Below the pieces are notes generated by a model. It made no database searches and was not told where the DNA came from. It was given only the letters and a program-made list of their open reading frames with translations. This document shows positions 49,347 through 61,335 of a DNA stretch of 64,000 nucleotides, piece after piece (position 1 is the first letter of the stretch; the number at the start of each line of letters is the position of its first letter). The stretch is taken from the NCBI GenBank assembly GCA_030390025.1, contig CM059432.1, positions 127,720,001 through 127,784,000 of the forward strand, given 5' to 3'. The stretch comes from Squalus acanthias. Taxonomy: Eukaryota. Both the position numbers and the translations under genes were made by a program.

Positions 49347-49653
49347 CTTGTGCCACAGCCATGGACTCGAACCTCTGGAGCTCCTGCAGCAGGCTCTTCC
49401 TCTCCTTAGGATGCAGAGTGTAGACGAAGTCCCGGGCTCCCTGCGCCGTCTTCAGTGGCTCCATCGGCTCCTTGGCCGAATGGGTGCCGTACCACTGCCG
49501 ATAAGGAGCCGGCTCGGCGGTGCCCCGGCCGGAGAGGAGCGGAACAGGAGGGAGGAGGAACCTGCCGCTTTCACTTTTACTCCCGGAGCCGAGGCTGGAC
49601 ACCAGAGTGCGGGACGGTGGCAGAACTCTCCTCAGGCAGGGGATCAGCAGCAT
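49347..49653 (-). CDS. TMEM65: TMEM65 coding exon 1 (mitochondrial inner-membrane protein); later exons not found in the window
   Basis: GCC-ATG at 49653. Translation ends ...GTHSAKEPMEPLKTAQGARDFVYTLHPKERKSLLQELQRFESMAVAQ, matching my recollection of human GTHPKKEPMEALNTAQGARDFIYSLHSTERSCLLKELHRFESIAIAQ. Phase-1 donor AAG|GTAAGA at 49346; Arg/Ser/Leu-rich targeting-peptide-like N-terminus. Confidence 0.93.
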
Positions 49654-49832
49654 GGCGAATGCAGAAAGAAAAGAAAGCGATTGCAAAAGGGAAAAAAAAG
49701 CGAAAAGTCTCGACTTTTTGATTATTACCGTTCCCGGGGCGAGCCGGGAAAGGGCAGCGGTCGGAGCTGCTCGCAGTCCCAGTTAAGAGGCAGCTCCGCC
49801 CAAGAGCAGCATCTCCAGCGGCCGCCAGCACC

Positions 49833-49943
49833 GCGTTCAGATTCGAATGTTCGGAGATTCCAAATTCCACCTGGCGTTTGGCTCGAACGTTGGGATATTC
49901 CAAATTCCAACCGGCGTTCGATTCGAACGTTCGCAGATTCCAA
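49833..49943. repeat. ~40-bp minisatellite (2.7 copies) in the TMEM65 5'UTR/promoter
   Basis: Units start at 49833, 49874 and 49914; consensus GCGTTCGATTCGAACGTTCGGAGATTCCAAATTCCAACCG. Confidence 0.85.
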
Positions 49944-50035
49944 GTCAAAAAACACACACGCCCAGAACTCGTAACGGCTGACAGCTGAGAGCGGAGCAAT
50001 GCGTGCGCGCGTGCAATCGCCCCGCCCCTCTCCCG

Positions 50036-50117
50036 AAGCACTATGGGAGCTGTAGTCTCTTCCGCGTCGGCATTCCATTCAGGAGCGGAGGTGGTTGGAC
50101 TACAATTCCCGGCATTC
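50036..50117. promoter_or_regulatory. Two oppositely oriented ZNF143/THAP11 (SBS, ACTACAnnTCCC) motifs
   Basis: Minus strand ACTACAGCTCCCATAGTGCTT at 50036-50056; plus strand ACTACAATTCCCGGCATTC at 50099-50117. Confidence 0.8.
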
Positions 50118-50572
50118 AGGGCGACGCCGCCCATGCGCTGTGTGCGTGTGCAGAGGGAGGGGGAACGAAAGCCCTTTGCGCTGCCTGTCATACGTGGATG
50201 CCGAAGGAGCGACTGCCAGCGCGTTGGTGTGGAAATTATTTGTCAGAGAGCAAGCTGTTCAGATTGAATCGCCGTCATTTACAGGGCGTGTAGTCCAGAT
50301 TGGGATATTAACGCCCTTTCATTCAAGGATTTCCAAACGTCCCACTTCTCTGGCACAGATGCAGGGACACTGGAACGTAGCAGAACATGGTTATTTACAT
50401 AATCTTTTTGTATGAAAAACGCCAAACTCGTGCATTTAACTGCAACGACTTTTTAACTTCTGGTCTTCCCCAGTGAATTTTTTTGTGCACATCGACATCT
50501 GGCACTGCCGAGTTCTGGGAATGGAACACGTCACCTCTGGCACTCTCTTGTCAGGATCAAATATTCAGTAGA

Positions 50573-52195
50573 GATAGAATCATAGAATGGTTACAGCACA
50601 GAAGGAGGCCATTCGGCCCGTCGAGCCTGTGCCGGCTCACTGCAAGAGCACTTCAGCTAGTCCCAGTCCCCTGTCCTCTCCCCACAGCCTTGCAATTTTT
50701 TTCCTTCAGGTACTTATCTAATTCCCTTTTGAAAGCCACAATTGAATCTGCCTCCACCACCCTTTCAGGCAGTGCATTCCTGATCCTAACCACTGGCTGC
50801 GTAAAAAAAATGTTTCCTCATATCGCTTCTGGTTCTTTTGCCAACCACTTTAAATCTGTGTCCTCTGGTTACCGACCATTTTGCCACTGGAAACAGTTTT
50901 TCCTTATTCTATCAAAACCGTTCATGAATTTGAACACCTCTATCAAATCTCCTCTTAACCATCTTTGCTCTAAGGTGAACAACCCCAGCTTCTCCACATA
51001 ACTGAGGTTCCTCATCCCTGGTACCATTCCAGTAAATCTCTTCTGCACTCTCTCTAAGGCCTTGATGTTCTTCCTAAAGTATAGTGCCCAGAATTGAACA
51101 CAATACTCCAGCTGGGGCTTAACCAGTGTTTTATAAAGGTTTATAGCATAACTTCTTGCCTCTTTATGCCTCTATTAATAAAGCCAAGGATCTCATATAT
51201 TTTTTTAACAGCCTTCTCAACTTGTCTGCCACCTTCAAAGATTTGTGTACATACACCCCCAGGTCTCTCTGTTCCTGCAACCCCTTTAAAATTGTAACAT
51301 TTAGTTTATATTGCCTCACCTCATTCTTCCAACCAAAATGAACCACTTCACACTTTTTTGCGTTAAATTTCATCTGCCATGTGTCTGCCCATTTTACCAG
51401 TTTGTCTAAGTCCTCTTGAAGTCTGTTACTATCCTCCTCATTGTTTATACATTTCCGAGTTTTGTGTCATCTGCAAACTTTGAAGTTATGCTCTGTATAC
51501 CCAAATCCAGGTCATTAATATATATATATCAAAAAGAGCAGTGGTCCTAATACCCCTGGGAATAGGATTGTATTTTTCCCTCCAATCTGAAAAATAACTG
51601 TTCACCACTACTCTCTGCTTTCTCTCCCTTAGCCAATTTTGTATCCACACTGCCACTGTCCCTTTAATCCCATGTGCTTCAATTTTGCTAACAAGTCTAT
51701 TATATGGTACTTTGTCAAATGCCTTTTGAAAGTCCTTATACACAACATCAACCACACTACCCTCATCAACCCTCTCCATTACTTCATCAAAGAACTCAAT
51801 CAAGTTCGTCAAATACGATTTGCCTCTAACAAATCCGTGCTGAATTTCATTTATTAGCCCATACTTTTCCAAATGCCAATTAATTTTGACCCAGATTATT
51901 GTCTCTAAAAGTTTCCCCACCACCGACGTTAGGCTGACTGGCCTGTAGTTGCCGGGTTTATCCCACTCCCCTGTTTTGAACAGAGATGTAACATTTGCAA
52001 TTCTCCAGTCTTTTGGCACCACTCCTATATCTAAGGAGGATTGGAAGATTGTGGCCAGACCCTCCACAATTGTAATCCTTACTTCCCTCAGTAACCTAGG
52101 ATGCATCCCATCCGGACCGGGTGACTTTCTACTTTGAGGACTGCCAATCTTTTAAATACCTCGTCTTGATCTATTTTTATCCTATCCAATATCGC
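50573..52195 (-). mobile_element. CR1 LINE, 5'-truncated (RT and 3' tail)
   Basis: ORF 51486-52106 MHPRLLRE...PGNYRPVSLTSVVGK...QHGFV...DFQKAFDKV; ATAGAATCATAGAA tail. Confidence 0.95.
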
Positions 52196-52989
52196 TAATA
52201 AATATTTTCTGCTTTTATTTCAAGCAATCTCAGGTCAGGAATAAGACAGCTTGTTGTGGATCTTTTTGTCTTAGCTTTCACTTTGTACTGTTAGATTTTT
52301 TTTCAACTTCTTACAGCACCCATCACCTTTCTCCCTAAAATTGCCAATTTAGTGCCAAACTGTCAAATTGTTAAGACAATGTGGGCCCAGATCACACCAC
52401 TAGGAGCTGGGTTAAAATTCAATGTCGTTTTATTTATGACCGTTCTAATCAGGAAAGGGAAGGCTTTCAATCCATCTCTTTGAGTTGCACAAAAACCCAA
52501 GTCACAAACTGCTTTTATATTGGTCTACAGGTGTTGCACAGACAGTAGCAACATCAAGATAAACTTACTGATGTCCCAAAATACATTTTTTTTACTGGAT
52601 CTTTCCATCTGCTGCCTGTCTTCCTCGGGTCAGTACGCTGTTCCAGCAGCAGCACATTTTGATATTAGCATCTTGATGCAAGATAATGATACTAACACAC
52701 ATGCATACAGTTATCCTCTGTGCAGCAATGTCATGGCATTGCTACTTCACACACCTGGCAAAATGTCCTGTCTAGTCTGTGCCTGTATGTGATAGCAAGC
52801 CTTACAGTGTAACCAGTTTACAGGAAGACTAGATGTGCCAACTATAATTAAATGCTGCAAAGCAGTGCAATTAGCCGGCTCTATCAACACCTGAGTTGAG
52901 CTATAAAAGCAACTACAAAGGTGAAAGATCAGTATGCTAACACACTGCACCATGCAGTCCTCAACTGCAGCATTGCTACTTTTACATTG

Positions 52990-53730
52990 CCACGGCAACC
53001 TCTGCAAGACATGCCAAATCATGGACACAGATACCATCATTACACGTGAGGACACTACCCACCAGGTACACGGTACATACTCATGTGACTCGGCCAACGT
53101 TGTCTACCTGATACGTTGCAGTAAAGGATGCTCCAGAGCATGGTACATCGGCGAGACCATGCAGACACTGAGACAACGTATGAACGGACACCGCGCAACA
53201 ATCGCCAGGCAGGAGGGTTGCCTCCCAGTCGGGGAACACTTCAGCAGCCAGGGGCATTCAGCCTCGGATCTGCGGGTAAGCGTTCTCCAAGGCGGCCTTC
53301 GAGATACACGACAGCGCAAAATCATAGAGCAGAAACTGATAGCCAAGTTCCGCACTCATGAATATGGCCTCAATCGCGATATCGGGTTCATGTCACGATA
53401 CAGAACGTGACTTGACATCATGGCCGGTCTTCCCAGGTGTTTTTTTTTTGTTTTTTTTTTTTGTTTTTTTTTAAAAACACAAGAACACAAATTGACAGGA
53501 TATGCAGCCAGCAGGTGGTTTGACACGCTGGACCCCCTGGGACACATCTCATTGTCTTGGCTGTGCTCTTTGTTGTAGCGAATAATGTGAATAGATTTTG
53601 TCTGGGTTTAAATTGTGAATTCTGGGAGATTCTCTCATTGCTAACTTACCTGACGAAGGAGCGATAGCTCCGAAAGCTTGTAAAATTAAATAAATCTGTT
53701 GGACTATAACCTGGTGTTGTGCGACTTCTC
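52990..53730 (+). mobile_element. 5'-truncated Neptune-type PLE (same family as 9854-10881)
   Basis: GIY-YIG frame CHGNLCKTC...NVVYLIRC...WYIGET ending at 53410; pLTR; 12-bp TSD ACTTTTACATTG at 52978-52989 and 53731-53742. Confidence 0.93.
53646..53683 (+). ncRNA. Minimal hammerhead motif
   Basis: TTAC-CTGACGA-A-GGAGC(GATA)GCTCC-GAAA-GCT-T-GTAA. Confidence 0.75.
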
Positions 53731-54820
53731 ACTTTTACATTGATTAACACAGTAGCTTTTACAACTGCAGCAGAATGCATGCATGTGGTTCCATTCATAT
53801 ACTATATACCCCTAAAAGGCACATGCTTGATGACCTCTATGTTTTCTATGTGTATGCATGGTATATCTGCTTATGCATATGCACAATAGTTTATGTTGAC
53901 CTTTATTGTCAAGAGATATTACAGCCCCTGGTCTGTCAATAACCCACTCAGTTCTGCTTCCCACTAGATTAGCTGGAGTGGTAGATGATAATGAAAGTGG
54001 GCAGGGATGCACATTTAGTCTGGTCCATAGAGATAATATTTAATGACTGGAGGGTAAACATATCCTACAAACCCATTAGCTCAAACTATCCTGGGTTATC
54101 AGTGACTGCAGTATGCAAGATACTGGAAGCAGTTCCACAACGTTGTGAGGCTGCTGCTCTGAATTCATCCTCATTATGTTGCAAGCATAATTCAGGGCAC
54201 GAATGGCAACATTTAAGTAACACTGCATAGGCAAAAGTTGTAATAGTGACTTTAAAACAATTCCATGTCCACAAAATTCCAAGTCACATTCATGACTTTA
54301 AGTTCCTGCTTGTAACTTCCCAATGTCAAAGGAAGGTCCACACAGGCCAGCAATGATTATTTTTGTAATCCCTACACTGTTGAGTTCTGTTGTGCAAGTG
54401 TGCAATACAATGTTGCCCATTTCCACAAAAAAGATAGGCAAGATCCCAGGGATATTATTGTGCTTCAAAAAAACAATGTGGCTCCAAATTTGAGAGGGAA
54501 ACTGCAAAGGAGGTTGACCAGATGACACCTCAGTGATTCCTCCTTGGTGATTTGAAATGATTCTCTTAGATTCAGGACTCCTTCCTTGGTTTTTTTCCTC
54601 CCACAAAAGCCCAAGTCACAAACTGCTTTTAAATTGGTCTTTAGCCACTGGCTTTCTTGGCATGGGCCAGCTGGTGGCAATATCTAGAAAAACTTGTTGG
54701 GTTTTTTTCAATGGATCAAAAAAAAATATTTTAAATGGGCCTTTAGAATTGCTGCCTGTCTTCCCAGGACCGTTCCAATGCCAGCATCACATTTTAGTAG
54801 TGGTGTCATAATGCAACATC

Positions 54821-55093
54821 CAGGGGTGGCTTTAGCACCTGGAACCCGTGCAATTACATAGGGCCCTGAGCGGATCCCGTGAAAGGACACCTACACAATG
54901 GTAATAGCTGATCCCTGATCATTTTGTCAACTGTTTTTATATTACCTATTGCCAACAAGCCTTTTCATGATCATACGCATGTGGCTTTGACACCAGATTA
55001 AGTCGGTAGTGTTTAGTATCATTGTCTAGTGAAATGTAGAGGCCTCACACCAAACCTTTGCACGGGGCCCGCATAAGACAAACACTGCTCCTG
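54821..55093. mobile_element. hAT-like MITE
   Basis: CAGG...CCTG termini; near-perfect 8-bp TSD GCAACATC / GAAACATC; absent from the paralogous position (~52678-52685). Confidence 0.7.
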
Positions 55094-55929
55094 GAAACAT
55101 CATGACATTAACATGCATGCACGCAGTTATCCTCTGTGTAGCAATGTCATGACATCACTACTTCACGCATGTGCTAAAACGTCATGGCTAGTCCGTGTAT
55201 CTGTGTAATAGCAAGCCTTACAGTGCAGCCAGTTTACAGGAAGACTAGCTGTATTGGGACGTTTTACTATGTTAAAGGTGCTATATAAATGCAAGTTGTT
55301 GTATTATCAATAACTAAATGCTGGCAAGCAGTGCAACTAGCTTGCTCTTTCAAAAACTGTGTTGAGCTATAAAAGCAACTACAAAGGTAAAAGATCAATG
55401 TGCACCATGCTGTCCTCAGCTGCACTATTGTTACTTCTGCATTCACATTGATATCCCTGGGAACCTGCCTATTGTGGGAAATGAGCAAGGCTGTATTGCA
55501 TAGTAACATTCCTCCAGTAAAAAGAGGATGGCTTTGGCTCCCAAGAAACAACTGAAGCTTGAATCTGCTCATTAGATTTGTCAGATTCCAGAGATTCTGA
55601 TTGTTCTGTTCGAGGTATGAATAGAATTAGGCTCCATCTTGACTTGTGTAGAGTGTTTTATTCAATTCACAGACACTAAGAGCATTGATAAGAGTTGGTT
55701 TCTGGCTTATACCTGGCAGAAGCAACAACGCAGTTGCACCAATTTACACACAGCAGGCTCCCACCAACAGAAAATGAGATGAGTGACTAGTTAATCTTCA
55801 GTGGTATCAGTTGAGGGAGGATTATTGGCTGCCTTCTCATGTAACCTAAGGAAAACAACCCTGAATTTCCCTCTCATTTTATTCTGATCTTTGTTGTCAG
55901 TCAGAATCCAAGGTTGCTCCTGAGGTCAC

Positions 55930-56260
55930 TCACCTGACTAATCTTCCTATAATGTATTTGGAGGAGCAGGATTGGGCTGTACCTGTTATCATGCAGGAGT
56001 TGCTTCAGACTATAGGCTCCTTTCAGATGTATAGAGTCGCCAGTTCTGATGGCCTCCTGGCAGAATTCTATAAAAAGTTGGCCCTTGAACTGGCTTATTT
56101 CTTTTTTAAAAATCCCCACATCACTTATTTTCAGGCTCAATTCCTGATACTTTGTGAGATGGAATAATCTTTCTTATCATGAAAAAGTCAAGAATTCCTG
56201 CAAATGCTGCTCCTACAAACTCTTCTAAATTGTGATTCAAGTATAGTTATGATGGAGGTG
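55930..56260 (+). mobile_element. Very degraded L1/Tx1-like ORF2 fragment
   Basis: SDGLLAEFYKK resembles the GPDG(F/L)xxEFYK motif; LLN.DSK-like sequence downstream. Confidence 0.4.
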
Positions 56261-59200
56261 TTTATTTCTCCTAGCCCATAAGTTTTCAAACTGAGGTCCC
56301 TTGGATTCCTACAGTCGAAGAGATCATCAGACTTTTGTCCATTTGCCATTAGATTTAGTCTCATCAAATTTCTTTATGGTTCTGTACTTGTTTGCTTACG
56401 AGCAGATTATTTCTGTTGCCATATAATAATTAAAAATATATTTTCTGTATGAGAACACCGTTTTCCTTTGGGTAGCTGGCATTGTTTTTTGGAAGTTAGG
56501 ACAAGGAGTCCCAGGAATCTGTTGATATTTGCAGGGAGCCTCCCGGAGTAGGTCACTTTTTTCAGGAGGTCCCTGGAAGTGTGTAACTAAGTGCAAGGGT
56601 TTCTTGTGAGTATGTCACTATTTGCAGATTAGTAGATTTGACATATCCTTGCAGTTGATAAATCCTTCCTCAGAACCGTAGGGGTTCTACAATTGATCTT
56701 AGTGCGGGGGGGGGGGAGCATAATTTTAAGTTGAACTATGGCTATAGGATAAGGGACATAGGTATAATCTAGTAAAAGGCAAATTCAGGGCTAGTGTTAG
56801 GTGGGGCAGTGGAGGAAATATGTCAAATAGCAGTCAGGAGCAGTGATGGGGAGACCATATATTTCTATAGAAGAAAATGAGCTGAATGCCTCCCTCACCT
56901 GCACTTAGCTCTGTGATTATCACATGAGCAGTTACATCTGTGACTAAAGCAAAATTTAGTACCATTATAATAGAGGTAGGAGAAGTGGCACTGTCACAAG
57001 AAATGTTGGGGCAAATTAGGCATGTTCATGAGGCTTGGGGCCTCATGTCGGCACCAACGGGCGTGCAGCCTGGCCACTTTGCCAACTTCGCACCTATTTC
57101 AGGTGGAAACTGAAAATCACCAACATAGAATCTTACACCACAGGATGTCATTCAACCCATCGCACCTGTGTCTGCTGTGTGTGTATTTTCATATATTATG
57201 CATTAAAATACCAGAAACATTTTAAATGGCTACTAATATATTTGCCACCATATGCGATCACTCTCCTATAAGTGGCCACATCTCTTTCATTTTACCTATT
57301 ACTCTTGTAAGCAGCCCTTTAAGGGGTCTTACATGCAATTTCCCCCCACAACCGCCCTGGCAAGTCTTAATGTCAGGCCCAATATTGCTTGGGGCTTTCC
57401 TTCATTATGTAAATAAATCTGATCCCATAAAAACACTCAGCACACATAATAGTTGGGTAGGGGCTAATAGCGTTCTGACCAAGTAATGCCCAATTAAAGG
57501 CCAGATTGGAAAACTTACTCCAATATTGCCAGCAACAGTATTATGGGATGGAAACCGGTTATGGCCCATGTTAAGGCGCATAACCAATGGCGCACAGACA
57601 GCACACACTCGAACTAGGAGGTCCGAGGCTCGCTCTAAATTAGACCTTGGGCCTCATTTGAAAATTGAATGCTTGTCGTGCCTCCAGAGGCAGCGCGACC
57701 ATTTCCAAGCGATTAATTTCACCTATCTCGCCAGCAGCAGTCTCACTCAGGACAGTTCCAGGAACGGGTGGGTGGGAGGCAGTGGGAGGGGGGCCGATCG
57801 CAGAATGCCAGCGGCCTTCAGGAGTCCTGCTCCTCCTGGCTCCCATTAAGCTGTAAAAAAAAATATAAAATATTAAATGGAAAAAAAAACCAGATTTGTC
57901 AATAGTATTTGTTTTAAAGCAGTACAAAAATGAAATTGCTCCTGGCAAATGCTGATCGCATTGTGCCACTGAGGGAATAATGCCTGATGGAGTATCAAGG
58001 ATGTACTCATTAGCCTTAAAAAAGATGTAAAAATACCATCCAAATAATTTATTTTTTAATAGTAACCAAGTAACAAATGCATTATGAGCCAAGCATAATG
58101 GGAAAAGTAAGCAATCTGGCAGAGGAACAATCACATGATGCAATTACAATTCCCCTACTAAGCTTTCAACTGAGTTAAACAGAGGTGGAGTGCAAATAAT
58201 CCTGCACAGTCTCCCAGCTTTGTACACTGGCTGCTGCAGCAGATCCTATTATTAGAAAGCAGAATTGTGCACTTACATGTTATACAATCATGTTATGTTG
58301 CCAGCAGGAGCAGACTATACCAGTAAGCTTCAATTTTTTGAAAAGGGAAAGGAAAGACTGGGATGAGTACTTTTCCCCACAAAATACTCTTCTGTTGTTC
58401 TCTTACAATATACGTCCACATTTAAAACAATGATATATCAATACCTTATTTAAAATCGTACGTCTGTGGCACTTCTGTAATGTTTACCTATGGTAAAGTT
58501 TTTAATTGAAGGACTTAGCCTCTTCCAAACCCAAGTTGATAGTTTGTGGTGTCTAATTCCTTCAGAATTTAATTATTGTTGATCATTTTAAAAAATAAAA
58601 AATAAAAATAAAAATTCTTCAATCTAATTGGTTAAGGAGACATTCCCTTGCTTGCCCTGTTCATACAGGTCCCAAATCCCCTGTAGAGGGCGCCATGCTG
58701 TTTTGATGCTCTAATTATGGCAAGTTCCAGTGCAAAAGCCCACAGAAAGACTTTGGGCAAGTGTAAGTGTAATGAACGGTGAGCACCGTTCGTTTGCCGC
58801 TGACAGCAAAATCCAGGCCAGTGTTTCTCAAATAATTTTGAAAAAGAATAAGACACATTTCAAAAGCTATGAGGTAAAAATATTGAGTGTTTTAAAAAGG
58901 AAAAGCTGTGTGTGTCTATGTGTGCATGAGAGAGAGAGAGAAAACTGACTGTCTACTGATTCAACACCTGTTTTAGCTTTTGTTTTGTCTTTCATAAACC
59001 TCAGAGAGTGTATTAAGCTGTGAGAGCGAGGGACTGAGTTGGGGAGTGAGATAGCGTCTTAATATTAATGGTAATCCAATTTTCAAAAAAGAACACAACT
59101 AATTCATTCACCTGTGTTTTATTGACAGAAAATGTCACTGCTAATCATTGCTTATACCTGTGTGTATGTGAGAGAGAGAGAGAGAGAGAGAGCAATACAG

Positions 59201-59290
59201 TGAAAGAGAGAGTGCCTGGTGAGAGAGAAACACTGACAGACTGAGCTAAGAGAGTGAGGAGGGTGAGAGAGATTATGTATAATTAACGTT

Positions 59291-59595
59291 ACATAGAAAC
59301 ATAGAAACATAGAAACTAGGAGCAGGAGTAGGCCATTCGGCCTGTCGAGCCTGCTCCACCATTCAATACGATCATGGCTGATCATCCAAATCCAGTACCC
59401 TGTCCCTGCTTTCTCACACAGAATCCCCATCGAGCCTGCACCGACACATATCCCACCCTATCCCCGTAACCCCACGTATTTAATTCCCCCTAACATATCC
59501 CATCCTATCCCTGTAACCCCACATATTTAATCCCCCCCTAACACTAAGGGTCAATTTATCATAGCCAAATCAACCTAACCCGCACATTTTTGGAC
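59291..59595 (-). mobile_element. CR1 3' tail (59291-59420) joined to a V-SINE (HE1-like) fragment containing a ~47-bp tandem duplication
   Basis: (ACATAGAA)n tail; the reverse complement AGTCCAAAAATGTGCGGGTTAGGTTGATTTGGCTATGATAAATTGACCCTTAGTG resembles the V-domain; ATATCCCA.CCTATCCC.GTAACCCCAC.TATTTAAT.CCCCCTAAC occurs twice. Confidence 0.7.
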
Positions 59596-60559
59596 TACTT
59601 CAAAAAAGTTGCATTTTGAAGCCAACTAATTATCTCACCTGTGTTTTGTCGACAGTTAGAAAAGGTCAGTGTTATCACTTACATCCATGAAACCTCGATT
59701 CTGATTTCCAAAAACTGTGACAGAGAGGGAGACAGAGACAGAGACAGAGAGAATGACAAATAGAGAGAATGACAAATAGAACAACACAAATAGAGAGAAC
59801 GTCACAGAGAGAGAAGGACACAAATAGAGAAAAAGACAGGCAGTTTATTTTCTCATTCTAATTTGATTTCTTTAAAAAAATTAATTGAACTTTGAAAGCA
59901 AACAAGGTTCTTTTAGAAAAACAGATAGGAAGGGAGGGTAGGAATGGACAGAGAGGAAGGAAACTGGTTGAGTGTGAGGGGGCCTCTCGCAATCTGCTCA
60001 TGGGTTTGTGAGTGGGAGTGGGGGGAGTGAATGGAGGTTTAAGGGTGAGGTGAATGACAGTGGAGCAAGAGGGAGAGGAGGATGCAGGTTTTCACTGGGA
60101 AGTTCAGAGAGCAAGAGATTGTGGTAGTGCTGGAAGTGAGGGATGATAGGAAAATGGGTAGGGAACATAATGGGAGTGTAGAAGTGGGAGGAAGCATGAT
60201 GATTGGTGGTGGGGATGGGAAGGAAACCACTTAGGGCCACATTTTCCCACAACAGCCTCTCCAACTGCAGCCTGCAGTCATTGGTGATTCCCTTCCTCGC
60301 CACACCACATCATACCAACCATCACCTCCCACATGAAAGGAAGGAAGAAAAGAACAAGATAGAGTGAAGCACATGACAGAGAGAGAAGCAAAAGGAAAAG
60401 TTAAGGGGAAAGAAGCAAAACGGAATAAAAGAAACAGAAGAGGGGAGGCAGAAAGAGAAACAGTAACATGAAGACAGCAGAGACAAGTTAAGTGATCATA
60501 TTCTCTGACTTACAGTGTGCAATGCCACAAGAGATCAATTAGTATCTTTAAGACATTAA

Positions 60560-61335
60560 GGCCGCAAAATTCGGCTCCTTTGCGCCTGCCGTTAGCGTTT
60601 CCGGGGGGGGCGCTAACGGGGCACAAAGGGCTTATCACCCAGGCGGGGGCTCCCAAGGAATTCGGCAGGGCGCTACTGAGGCGCTAGCCGATAGCACCGT
60701 GCCCCCGCCGGTAGCGCCCCGGGCTGCTGCGCCGCCAGCGATGATGTAATCGGCATGCGCTGTGACCCCTTAGTGTCCCACCGTGACCCCTTAGCGCCCT
60801 GCGGCAGAAATTTGGCTGTGTCCTGCGAGGCTGCCACGGGCGGTGTCAGCGTCAGCCTCGCGGGTCACGAGCTGGACCGACCTCCACTCATAGGGCGCTA
60901 ATTAAAGGGAGGTGTAGCCGTGACCCACGCCGCCATTTTATATTTTTTGGTCAACCTCCAGGTCGGCCCTCGCTGGCGGCCATTGGCGTGGTCTGTGGCC
61001 GCCATCGCACAGCCCAGCACCGCGTCTGGTGGGCTAGTGTGGGCCATCGGAGGCCCTGCAGAACTCGCAGCATCCCTCCCCTTTAACGGAAGGGGAGGGG
61101 CGCTAAAACGCATCAGCATTATGCAGAGCAGCCGCTTAGCGCTCCGGCGCTACCGCGCCTTGTGCCCCCGACACCGCCCCGAGAGGAAGTGGAGCGCCCG
61201 AGATAGCGCACCGTTTCCTCGCCAGGGCGGTAAGCCGAATTTAACGGCTGGGGCGGTACTTCCGTGGCAGGCGCTAAATCTCCGGCGATAATTCGGTTAC
61301 CGCCCCCAAACGGGACATAACCGAATTTCGCCCCC
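60560..61335. mobile_element. Non-autonomous PIF/Harbinger-like DNA transposon
   Basis: Imperfect TIR GGCCGCAAAATTCGG / CCGAATTTCGCCCCC; 3-bp TSD TAA; GC-rich TAGCGCC repeats shared with the 41568 element. Confidence 0.8.

Larger units (their letters stand above)
48990..50290. promoter_or_regulatory. CpG island / TMEM65 promoter
   Basis: Non-repetitive GC- and CpG-rich block around exon 1; GC box GCCCCGCCCC at 50019-50028; NRF1-like TGCGTGCGCGCGTGCA at ~50000-50015. Confidence 0.85.
52488..55452 (+). repeat. Old local direct duplication: copy A ~52488-52989, copy B ~54602-55452 (B expanded by insertions)
   Basis: Shared colinear blocks CCAAGTCACAAACTGCTTTTA, GCTGCCTGTCTTCC, CAGTTATCCTCTGTG.AGCAATGTCATG, TAGCAAGCCTTACAGTG, CCAGTTTACAGGAAGACTAG and GTTGAGCTATAAAAGCAACTACAAAGGT. 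Confidence 0.85.

Noticed and set aside
49833-49943. CRISPR-like array
   Set aside because: The units are contiguous tandem repeats with no unique spacers, there are no cas genes and the context is eukaryotic.
49348-50191. 208-aa plus-strand and 204-aa minus-strand ORFs over the promoter
   Set aside because: Both have non-ATG starts, lie in GC-rich CpG-island sequence, have no recognisable domain and partly translate the minisatellite.
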